A stretch of 64,000 nucleotides of DNA, taken from positions 186,001-250,000 of the forward strand of contig QPGO01000070.1 of assembly GCA_008632985.1 (NCBI GenBank). The letters are read 5' to 3'. Positions 41,101-50,799 of the stretch are shown here, piece by piece. The notes under the pieces were generated by a model, which was given only the letters and a program-made list of their open reading frames with translations, was not told where the DNA came from and did no database searches. Source of the DNA: Psammoneis japonica. Taxonomy: Eukaryota. The position numbers and the translations under genes were made by a program. Numbering within the stretch: the first letter of the stretch is position 1; the number at the start of each line of letters is the position of its first letter.

Positions 41101-41450
41101 CAAACTGTTGTCGGAGGTGCAAAGCATCGCGCGACTGGCCAGGGTTTCGTCACTCAGCATGTTCCATTCGATGAGCAGTGTCGATTTTTGCATCTATCCA
41201 CCTTCATCCAGGAATCAAGCTGGTGCTCTTTCACAGTTTTATCATAACTCTCTAAGACTGGGCTTAGCCATTTGTTTGTTTTGTCATCTTTCGGACCTCC
41301 TTTTTGACTTCATGCTGCGGTGTTGACTCGCACCATCCTGAATCGTCACACTTCACATCAATTGCGTGTCAAGAGAGTAAAAGCTATGAAAGAGATCTTT
41401 CTTGTCTCTTCTGTCAATCAGCTTTCCAGTTGAAAGAGATGGACCCATGT
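29020..41450. other. TpA/CpG-depleted hypermutated block D (TE graveyard)
   Basis: About 12 kb with very few TA; contains the Copia fossil and a decayed TIR element. Confidence 0.9.
30980..37400 (-). mobile_element. Decayed Ty1/Copia LTR retrotransposon (CoDi-like): gag, protease, integrase, partial RT, RNase H
   Basis: Integrase GAPQILHCDNAKAQ..FTEPHHPHQNPTE at about 33200-33330. RT remnant HCECVATFGDNV (YVDD region) at about 32050-32090. RNase H GDNQAVVTSATIPSSVL..HNTVACHHVKE..DNVSNVLTKPL at about 31060-31230. The IN-RT-RH order is Copia. LTRs not resolved. Confidence 0.9.
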
Positions 41451-41641
41451 TGTTTTGGATTCGTAAGTGTGGCACCACCCGGCAAGCTTAGTGAGCGGGC
41501 TTGACGCTGAAGTAATGAAGTTCAAATGATTGGGGTGGAGGGCAGACGTGTTGTACTGCAGGGCTACCTACGCGTCCGTCCGCGGGAGTAGTCTTCTCTT
41601 TCCCTCTTCTGTACCACTTACAGACCTCCCAGTTGGGAGTG
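38400..41641 (-). mobile_element. Decayed larger member of the CACTCCC-TIR family; right terminus at 41641, left end not found
   Basis: 41578-41641 is the reverse complement of 43897-43960. About 41110-41570 aligns with 44905-45405. Broken minus-strand coding remnants at 38400-40400; a transposase is not recognisable. Confidence 0.6.
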
Positions 41642-41791
41642 CAAGCAATCAGATCTCAGATTGCGAGTTATTATACCGACACTGAATACGGTACACGATG
41701 CTGTATTGCGAGCTGAGAGCATCGAGCATGAGGCATTGTCAACAACATCAAACATCAAACGCAACGTCAATAAAACACCATTACCAGCATT

Positions 41792-43402
41792 ATGAATCAT
41801 GATGATTATTACCGATTTTTTGACGAACGGTCGAACCAAGGCGTGCTGTTCAATCTCGATTTGAGCAAAATTGATAGTTTACCTGTCGATAGTTTGACGC
41901 CAGCGGAAATCAATGAACGTCAGCAATGGCAAGCACGATTGCCGGAAGTAGAAAATCACTACGAATCATCCGCCGAGGCCCCAAGAGTAACAACGTCGGA
42001 CATGCTGTTGCAACAGCGTATCATGACTCCTAATCTAGGAGTGCAATTCACGAGCTCGAGATCCAAGCTCAATGAAAGTAGACGAGGGCGGCGATATCCC
42101 ACAACGATCACGTCGTGGGTCAGTTTTCGAACGGAAGTGGAAGCGTTCAATCCAACCCATCAAGAGCTCAATCGTAGGTGTGACGTCTTCGATACTGCTA
42201 GTAGATACAGCAACTCCGGAATGCCGTTGACTGATGAACTTCAGGAAGAAACGTTTCTGGTGAACATCCTGAAGTACGCGTTGGTGCGTAACGGAATCAT
42301 GGGGAAGATCACCAAGGTTGGTGGAATCGGAAAGCCAGATGCCTTGATTCTGAAGCAAAGCGCTGACGGTGACAACAATGACATTGCTTATATTCCAAGT
42401 CCGGCTGATGTTGCGGTGATTGTTGAGTTCAAGTCAACGCACAATCTTCCACTGCCTATGAGTGCCGAAGAAATAGTACATGATTACAACAATTCTTATC
42501 AAAAAGTATACACGGAGGATTCCGGACGAACGCCTTTGTGGTCACGTGTATGTCATCCTATCGGACAGCTTCTTGGATACATGGTCGAGAATGGACGACG
42601 GTATGGTGCGCTGTCATCTGCCACACGATCATACTTTGTTAAAATTGAAGGTGATGGCTCTAATGCTCGAGTTTTTATTAGCGACGCAATCTTTGTTGGC
42701 CAACACAACTTCTTACGTGCCTGGACTTATCTGAATTCATTGGGGTGTGGATCGGATGAACCTCTTGTTCCTTCTCAAATCACCTGGAATGTAACAAGCA
42801 AAGAAAAGCCAACCCCTCCTGCAAAAGGCAGGAGACCCGGACTACGCTCTGGCGGAACAATTGACGAAGAATCAGAGGAAGTAGAAATGACCCCAGATAA
42901 CGGACCCCAAATGAACACTGCCTCAATTGAAAATGACGTGTTGCCCAAGATTCCCTTTGATGAGATAAAAATAATCGAACCCATTGGATGTGGACACAAC
43001 GGAGTTGTCCATTTAGCGACATGGCGCACACAACGGGTTGCGCTGAAACAATTTGATGTTGGGAAGGACGGCTACGAGTGGTTTGACAGTGAAATCTCAG
43101 CGTACCTGAAACTGAAAGACGCATGGGGGGAACTTGTGCCGACGCCGCTTTTCCTGTCAGAATCTTGGTCGGGTGGAATCAAATTCCTCGGTTTGCAGCT
43201 TGGTCGCGTTCCAAAAGCTGGAGTGGATGACGTGTCTGCCTGGGGTGACATTCTCAATGCCTTGGAAACACAATATGGTTTCCGGCATGAAGATGCGGAT
43301 AGAGGAGGAAATATGGTGCTTATTTCGGATGGAGGCAAGGCGAAAGAAAGACTAGTGGCCATTGATTTGGAGGGTCATACAATGATGCATCAGACAAGCT
43401 GA
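41792..43402 (+). CDS. PD-(D/E)xK restriction-endonuclease-like domain fused to a C-terminal kinase-like domain (Crinkler/CR-effector-type architecture)
   Basis: Nuclease-like: GKPDALIL..VIVEFKS..IGQLLGYMVENGRRYGALSS. Kinase-like: IGCGHNGVV..VALKQFD..EISAYLKL..RHEDADRGGNMVL..AIDLE. Intact, intronless, 536 aa. Confidence 0.8.
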   Translation: MNHDDYYRFFDERSNQGVLFNLDLSKIDSLPVDSLTPAEINERQQWQARLPEVENHYESSAEAPRVTTSDMLLQQRIMTPNLGVQFTSSRSKLNESRRGRRYPTTITSWVSFRTEVEAFNPTHQELNRRCDVFDTASRYSNSGMPLTDELQEETFLVNILKYALVRNGIMGKITKVGGIGKPDALILKQSADGDNNDIAYIPSPADVAVIVEFKSTHNLPLPMSAEEIVHDYNNSYQKVYTEDSGRTPLWSRVCHPIGQLLGYMVENGRRYGALSSATRSYFVKIEGDGSNARVFISDAIFVGQHNFLRAWTYLNSLGCGSDEPLVPSQITWNVTSKEKPTPPAKGRRPGLRSGGTIDEESEEVEMTPDNGPQMNTASIENDVLPKIPFDEIKIIEPIGCGHNGVVHLATWRTQRVALKQFDVGKDGYEWFDSEISAYLKLKDAWGELVPTPLFLSESWSGGIKFLGLQLGRVPKAGVDDVSAWGDILNALETQYGFRHEDADRGGNMVLISDGGKAKERLVAIDLEGHTMMHQTS

Positions 43403-43896
43403 GCTTTCCCCAAGCGGGATGGCAGGGGCCCTGTACACGGTTGGAACTTCCACGACCAGTTTTTCACTGGGGGTGTTTTCGCGGATGCTGTATCGAATTG
43501 TTGGGACTGACTTGATATTGCAGTCGCAGCAGTAATAACAGTTCTAGGACGAAGAATTGGGCGAATCATATCAAGGCAGTACTGCTAATACGTTTACAAC
43601 TACCACGCCACGTGACAAGGAGGTTACCAGTGACAATATGGAATAGGAGTACCGGTAGTGGGCAAATTTTGATAAATGCGATTTTAATCTTTGTTGATTT
43701 TTAGTCTAAACGGCACGCCTTGGCGGTGTTTAGGAAAGAGAGCGAATGACAAAAGCTATGAGTGAATCATCACTCTCCACTCTCAACGTTGTCGGTGGTC
43801 ATCAGCGGCCGGCCGCAAAATAAAAAAATGCCGCCGCCGACGCGAAGACGCAGATTTTTCAGTCCCTTGCCGCGAACACGACTTAATGTCGCTAAC

Positions 43897-45484
43897 CACT
43901 CCCAACTGGGAGGTCTGTAAGTGGTACGGAAGAAGACAGAGAAGACCTACCTCCCACGGATCGTAACATAACGCTGTACCAGGCTAACTGGCACAGCTTA
44001 AAAAAATCGCAACGTGCGATTTTTTTGGTTCCTGGTACAAAAACGAAAAATTCTACGCAGAATTTGCGTAGCCACCATGGCGAATTTGTTTCGCGTCCAC
44101 CGTCGTTTTCACCTGTTTTCACGAGGTGAGTCACTCAGGATATTGTCGACATTTGTCTATAGCACCATTACGTGTTGGCTGAATTTTGACAAGTGCCACT
44201 CCGCGCAAGAATATCGATTTCGATTCCTTCGGTGTATGAGTCTGCCGCTGTTGTCGTCGTTCCGGTATGTTTCGTCGAGTTTGTTATTATTTCCCTCCTC
44301 TCATCCCTTTACCTATGCCTCATTCGTTTCATAATAAATATAGATAAAAGGCGCTGATGTGTATGGCACCTTTGGAGTGTTTGAGACGAGCTCTGGACGT
44401 CGCGGCTCGTGGTTGGTGTGTTTCCAACAGACGACAGCGGTCCGGCACTTATTCTGTTTGTTTCTCGGTCCGCACGCAGATTCTTCCCCACGAAAGGGCC
44501 TCATGATTTACTTTATGGAATATGTTGATGATACAAACAGTGGTGTTCATGGATCATGTATTAAAACACGGTGTGTGAGTTCTCTGGCAAGCTAGGTGGC
44601 CTTGCAAGAAATTCCTTGAAGACCTCTCTGCATCCGATGACATTATGGACACCCTGATCTATTTGACAACCCAGAAAACTTGGTATCATTAGGAGGTCGA
44701 AAGATATCAATCTCTTGGAGGACATCTTTGCAGGTTACAACAACGTCATTCGTGGTGGATCAGTTGGTTTCAAGGAGCATTTGCAGGTGGGAAAAGGACG
44801 TGTACGTGGTTATGCTGGCAATGTTTGATTTGGAGAAGATTGGTGACAGAAACATCACTCCTATGGGAATTATTCAGATACTGTTGGGTGGGCTTTATTC
44901 TTGCCCGAGGTGCAAAGTATCGTGCGATTGGCCGGGGTTTGTTACTCAGATCACTCCATGCAATGAGTAGTATCGATTTTTTGCATCGAGTCACCTTTAT
45001 CTGGGAATCGAGCTGGCATCTTTTCACAGTCTTATTATAACTCTCTTAGCTCTTTATTTGTTTTGTTTTCCTGCGGACCTCCTTTTGACTTCAATCCGGC
45101 CGTGTCGACGACTCGACCCGAGTTTCCCGATTCGTCACACTTACATTATGCTGGTACAGTCAAGAGAGTAAAAGTTCTGAAAGAGATCTTTCTTCACTCT
45201 TCTGTCAATCAACTTTCCAGTTGAAAGAGATGCACTCGTGTTGTTTTGGACTGGTGGTGAGTAGACGGGGTGCTGAATGAAGTTCAAAAGCATGAGAGAA
45301 TCGAACCTCTTGGTACCGGCCGGTACAATAAATAGGCGGGAGTGTGGAGTGTTACCGGCATAGGATTGGGGTGGAGGCCAGACGTTTTGTGCTATTACGG
45401 CTACGTGATTCGTACGAGGTACGTAGAAATCACGTAGAAATCTCTCTGTGCGCCAGTTGAAATATGTTACGATCCGAGGGAGTG
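43897..45484. mobile_element. 1.6-kb non-autonomous TIR element with 9-bp TSD (Mutator-like by TSD length)
   Basis: Starts CACTCCCAACTGGGAGG and ends GGGAGTG. Subterminal inverted repeat 43951-43970 vs 45463-45482. TSD GTCGCTAAC at 43888-43896 and 45534-45542. The joined flanks match 28970-29118. Confidence 0.8.
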
Positions 45485-45920
45485 GTCGCGCGCTAACCAC
45501 TCCCAACTGGGAGGTCTGTAAGTGGTACGGAAGGTCGCTAACGACCCAACGCTCAACGCTCACAATTTTCAAACATTTTTGAATCTGTCCCAACACACAT
45601 CAAGCTCGAAAAATCCTTCAGCAATACTCGTAAACAACAACGGGAAAGCTTCATAGTTGTGAGATGTTAGGGAGAATCACCATTCAGCGCATACCCCAAA
45701 GGAACCCATCGCATTTCACAGCAATCAATCAATCAACAATCGAGCAATCTGAAATCTTCGCAAATCGCAACTGCAATCAAGGTATGGACCGGAAAGAAGA
45801 AAGCCTTACCCAGCGATTGTTGAATCATTGATCTATAGAAGCAAAATGATACTTCTTGCCTCTATTATTTATTTCAAAAAGAATGGCTCCAATTCCAAGC
45901 CGTATGTCTCAATAATCGCA

Positions 45921-46925
45921 ATGACTCGGAGTCGACGACTAAAGAAAGCGCGATTTCCAATCTTTGCGGCATGCATCACTGCAATTGCTGCAGGCCTCCT
46001 GTTGATTCATATGCATGAGTCCGGGGAACCTTCTTTATCGAACCTCCGTGGAAGACATCTTAAGACTGCATCTCCGATAGTGTGTTCCCATCAACTCTTG
46101 AACCCACCTTTCATGTATTCTAAAAGGGTACCCGAAGGATCTCTGGCAGCCATGAAATCGTTTTGGTCCAAAGGGATACATTGTTTTGACATCGATATTG
46201 TGACATTAAAAGATGGTACACTCTTGGCATCTCACCCAAACCGATTGTCCAAGGCTACAAATGGTGCCAAAGCACAAGAACACTCGCTATTTTCGATACG
46301 TCAAGCTGGAGCCGACCAAATACGATTTCCGTTGCTTGATGAAATCTTGAAAGAATATGCTCGTCTCGCCACCAACGAACCAGCGGCATTTAGCAATGAT
46401 TCGTCCCTCGATCCTCAATTGTCATCTCGTCGGACCAAAGCATCATCCGCCAGGCTGCTGCAGGGTCCTCTTTTGAATCTCGATTTAAAGGGGCCGTCGT
46501 TGACTCAGCAACACTTGAGAGGAATAGTAAACGATTTGTATTCGTTACATATTCAAGATAATGTTGCATTGTGCGTCTCGGACTTGTTGCCTGGAGAAAC
46601 TGGAGCCGGTATTAATATCCTGAAGACCCTAGGAGGCCATCCGAAGGATGGACGACGGCCGGTTCGAATGGGATTGGTCTTGAGAGATTTGGTCCCTCAA
46701 GATTTGGATATTGCGCGAATTCACCGCATTGTGGAAACCTATCCGGAGAGTATAAAGCTCTTGGTGCCTTCCTTCAAGTTTAACAAGAACTGGTTTGACG
46801 AGATTCATGCCACAATCGGTCTGCCCGAGACGGGATGGACGATTGACACGGCCAAAGACTTTGAAGACGCGAAACGCATGGGGGTTACCGCCGTTGTTGC
46901 CAACAATCCCATGGATTTTGTATAG
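45921..46925 (+). CDS. Glycerophosphodiester phosphodiesterase (GDPD)-like protein with N-terminal TM anchor
   Basis: IVCSH, EGSLAAM, FDIDIVTLKDGTLLASH, LNLDLK, WTIDT..GVTAVVANNP. Start codon uncertain (45847 or 45921). Confidence 0.8.
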   Translation: MTRSRRLKKARFPIFAACITAIAAGLLLIHMHESGEPSLSNLRGRHLKTASPIVCSHQLLNPPFMYSKRVPEGSLAAMKSFWSKGIHCFDIDIVTLKDGTLLASHPNRLSKATNGAKAQEHSLFSIRQAGADQIRFPLLDEILKEYARLATNEPAAFSNDSSLDPQLSSRRTKASSARLLQGPLLNLDLKGPSLTQQHLRGIVNDLYSLHIQDNVALCVSDLLPGETGAGINILKTLGGHPKDGRRPVRMGLVLRDLVPQDLDIARIHRIVETYPESIKLLVPSFKFNKNWFDEIHATIGLPETGWTIDTAKDFEDAKRMGVTAVVANNPMDFV

Positions 46926-47550
46926 CGTCAAAGCCATCTTTTCCGGAAATGCGTTCGGAAGAGTAGTAGGGCCTAGAGTGCTATCACAATCTATACATAT
47001 GTTGGAAGTTAGGAACAGATGATGACTTCAGTAGAACTCGCTGCTCACAGCCCAATAGTCTACTGCTGACCCGCTTCAAAGTCCTAGGAGTATTATTTAT
47101 AGACTGATTTAATGTAAAATGTTTGTGCACTGTGCTACCTGTCGACTTGTATCAGGGACGATATGTAAGTGGTACCTAACCTCAGTAGGGTTGGCACCTT
47201 ATGATGTTTGAAAAACGACCTCCAATCGAGTCGAATTGGCTATTCCTCCATCAGATTTACCAATGGTCCTTCCCGAGTAGATTTACACTGGCTGATAGAG
47301 TTGAACTGAAAATCAGAATCATTGGAATATGCGACGCAACTACCGGTAAGTAAACAAAGACTTCACAAACCAACTGATAACTGATACACCGCATCCAAAG
47401 TCGCACGATCATTCGTCAAACACATTTCAAGAAGAAGTACAGAACGAGCACCGCTGTGATAAAATTGAAAACTAGATAATTCAAACTGGAGTTCAAATGT
47501 CGTCTGTTGAAAAGGATTTCAAATACTCTCTCCCAACTACAATGATACGC

Positions 47551-48174
47551 TTAGAACTCCTCTCCAGCCAAATGCTCAGTATCTTGAACTTTCTTAATGA
47601 ATTCATCCTTTTCCACACATCCCCGACACTCCACACCCCGGTCGGCAAGAATTGATTTGAGTTGTTTGACCCTCAATTTCGACAGGTCTTTCTTTTCTAG
47701 ATTCTCCGTCTTTACAGGGAACTTGACGGTACAGATTTCGGGATTGGTCTTGGTAATGCGCTGACAAACTTTGAGAGAGGGCATTCCAAGCGAAAAGGGC
47801 TGTGCGACATCACGCTTGATGGGGTCAATGTAATAACAAATCTTCTTTTCGCGTGCTCCCAACGCCTCCTTGTTGTTGCAGTACGCACCGAGCGCCGCCT
47901 CGATCTTGGGCTTATTGCGTGAGTCCTCCTTGCTCATTGTGGCGCGAACATCATCCATGACCTTGACACAGACTGAAAACAAAAAAAAGGAATATCCAGC
48001 ATTTGCGGTTAGTCATGCATATTGTGTCATTGAGACTCTGCGTGATCAAAATTGGCACGTATGATTTTCGAATTTCCCGTTTTTCTAGCTCTCACCTTCA
48101 CATTCCGTATTGGCAGATACCAGAGCAGTGGTTGACGCAATGGCCAACCAGGTAAGGACAGAAAGAAACTTCAT
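47551..48174 (-). CDS. MANF: ARMET/MANF-like secretory-pathway protein (saposin-like + SAP domain), 2 exons
   Basis: Signal peptide MKFLSVLTWLAIASTTALVSA, CE|VC across the intron, REKKICYYI, KVCQRI..PEIC, LSKLRVKQLKSILADRGVECRGCVEKDEFI, C-terminal GEEF. Confidence 0.9.
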
Positions 48175-48752
48175 GGTTGGTGCGCTGTTGTTGCGGAGCG
48201 GTGTTTCTTTCAATGACCGTCTTTGTTTGCCGAGAAACCGCGACGCTCCACGTGTTTGTGCTTGTGACGCGTGGACCCGTTTGATACGTGATTTCTACGT
48301 GGACCATTGATATGTGACGTCATAACGGCTATATCACTACATCTATTTTGATATTTGGCGTGTGAGCTTTACAGAAGGCTCTTACGTCGTCCGGTCCGTC
48401 CGTCCGGCGCGCTACAGTAGGAGCGCGACGTCTGTTTTTCTTTTCCCGCGGTTATCTGTATCGGCATTGCTTACCGTACAGTATGGTGCGTGGTAAAGTT
48501 AAGCTAATCAATAGCTCTCTAGAGAGTAGAAGAAGTAGCAAGCACCGGTTGTTAAAAAGTCAAGAGGTGCCGTGCATCGTCGAAGCAAGCTCGAACGAAA
48601 GCTGCAAGACTCAACCTTCGCGAGTGACACGTGTCTCGCAAATTTTATTTCTAGTCACCCTGAAAACCAAATATGGTACTGAATACCATACCGAATAAGA
48701 TGTCATTTAGAGAGGAAGAATGCTCATGCTTTGAACTTACGGTATTGTTGTA

Positions 48753-49277
48753 CTATGCGTTATTATTTTCATCATTCTCCTCACAAAACCACAGTCTCAG
48801 CCGGTAGGCATCACCCCAATTCAAATAGTATCGCACCAACAATTCTTCTCGTACAAAACCAAATATATCTTGATAAAGTTTCTGAGCCGCAACATTGGAC
48901 ACTTCGGTTTCCAACGTGACGGATGTACACCCCTTGGTAGCTTGAAATCTCTCCAACAACATGGTCACGAGCGCTCGGGCAATGCCCAATCGACGTTTGG
49001 CCTTGTTGACGGTCAACATGCCAATATAACCCGTCAATGTATCGTCTTGTTTATCGATTTTTCCAACAATGCATCCAATGGCATTGTCATCGTCGTCCAT
49101 GGCGAGAATACACAACTCGGGAAAACGATGCAAAAAGTACCGGTACGTAAAGATGGAATAGGGTTCCGACAAGTCGCGTCCCACCAATTCCATCACATTG
49201 TCTAATTGAGATTCGTCTTTATAATTGACAAACTTCACACCGGGAATATCTTGTATTGTTGTTGTTGTTGTTGACAT
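48753..49277 (-). CDS. NAA30: N-alpha-acetyltransferase 30 (NatC catalytic subunit, Mak3)
   Basis: DLSEPYSIFTYRYFL, GYIGMLTV..RRLGIA, VTLETEVSN, RYYLNWGDAYRLRLW. Confidence 0.95.
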   Translation of the reverse strand: MSTTTTTIQDIPGVKFVNYKDESQLDNVMELVGRDLSEPYSIFTYRYFLHRFPELCILAMDDDDNAIGCIVGKIDKQDDTLTGYIGMLTVNKAKRRLGIARALVTMLLERFQATKGCTSVTLETEVSNVAAQKLYQDIFGFVREELLVRYYLNWGDAYRLRLWFCEENDENNNA

Positions 49278-49495
49278 GGTTTTGTTGCAAAGTTACGAAG
49301 TTTTGTTTTGTGGGTTTTGGGTTTGTCGTCGATCATGGTGGGATTGAGTCGGAGAAGTCGTCAAAATGGCGGGAAACCCATATCCGGGTTTCTTTCGCGG
49401 ACAAAGACATTTGCCCCATCAAGTTTTGCAACACACAATGGATAGAGCCGCTCTAATTTCACAGCACTCTTGTCGATGCTTTAAGGAGTCATACT

Positions 49496-50481
49496 ATGTC
49501 ATCGATGATTGAACCGGGTCGTATTGTTCGTATCCACTCACTCCAATCCAAGGCGGGAAAGGAGATGAATGGTCAACGCGCCGCGGTGCTTCGCAAAGTA
49601 CAAGATAGTGATCGCTTCGAGGTCAAACTCGAATTTGCCCACGACAATTGCAACGCCACCAAGGCCATTAAAGAGGGAAATTTGAGGCTCGAAAAGCGTT
49701 TGCCGTTGCCTACAAATGGTGGCGGCGCTCGTGGTGTTGTGTCGGAAATGAACAACGACACGTGTCGGAAGCTCTGTGAGTTGTTGTTGTGGTACCGTGG
49801 TTCGTATCGGCCACCAGAAACCATGTTGGGTGGCTTTGCGGGCATGGCCTTTATGCGCCTGGGTCAGCACAACTTTATGTACTTTTGTCCTGATCAAATG
49901 GAACAAATTGCGGGAGTGCTCATGCTGGCCAGCATGTGCAAGCAGGGTGAGGAGTCCGGCACGTGCGACGTGCTGTTTGCTCTACTCGAAGGAGACACCA
50001 TGTATGTAGAGAGTCTGGCACAAACCTTGTATTGGACTGGCTTTATCGGACCAGAAGATGCCTGCACGAATTACGATGATTTCTCCAATTGTCCGCCCAC
50101 GGCACTTTCTCCCGATCAAGACGAGCAGGTGTAAATTCGCACCATGTCGGAGGGACCGCTCTTGTTGTTGCGTGAAATGACAAAATGCCAACTCGGCAAG
50201 GCCCTGTTTGCTGCCCTACGTCAATGCCAATTCTATCACTTGCTGGCACAGCGTTTGTTGCGTCTCGTGGCACGAGAGAAGCTTTGAAAACCAAGGACGG
50301 CAAGGCTCTTGGGAAAAAGGCACGTGAAATTCTAGGTGAAGGAATCTTGGACGGTAAAGTCAAGGTTGGGGCAGTCACGGCCGCGACAGCACAGGGCATT
50401 TTAAAGGATGCTGGAACCGTCTTGGTGTCACCCGAGGGCACAACCGACGAGGCAATCATGGAGCTATTGAGAATGGAGTAG
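49496..50481 (+). pseudogene. Hypothetical protein interrupted by an in-frame stop and a frameshift
   Basis: After TAA at 50132-50134 the frame continues (IRTMSEGPLLLLREMTK..LLRLVARE), then shifts to EALKTKDGKALG. Confidence 0.5.
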
Positions 50482-50799
50482 GAACCTCTAGTCCTGTGTA
50501 ACCTTTTCGTGGAGCCATGATAGTGAATTGCGTTGTTCATCCCATAACGCAATGTAAGTTATAACTCCTCATTTGTTTTACTCTATTCTTTACTTGGCGA
50601 ATAGAGTTTTCCAGTGATGATTCAAGAAGGGCGTAATCGAGTGAATCGGACCGCAAATTTGACTCCCGTCAAATAAAAACCGACGGTTTCTCCTCGTCAC
50701 ATTTTTTTCTAAACCATGTTGCTACACCATTCCGGACCAACCAAGGCATGGCAGTCCCAACAAAAATTGGATTCGCCATAAAAACGTCAACGATCAACC

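Noticed and set aside
13474..41326. Dozens of overlapping 60-330 aa ORFs in all six frames within the depleted blocks (e.g. 24191-25102, 35875-36555, 37641-38384)
   Set aside because: Loss of TA removes TAA/TAG stops and Tyr codons, which creates spurious Cys/His/Gln/Trp-rich ORFs. They are not genes.
41578..43960. A single TIR transposon whose own ORF is the REase-kinase gene
   Set aside because: The 9-bp TSD and the rejoinable flanks show 43897 is the left end of the element lying to its right. I saw no TSD outside 41578/43960. Not fully excluded.
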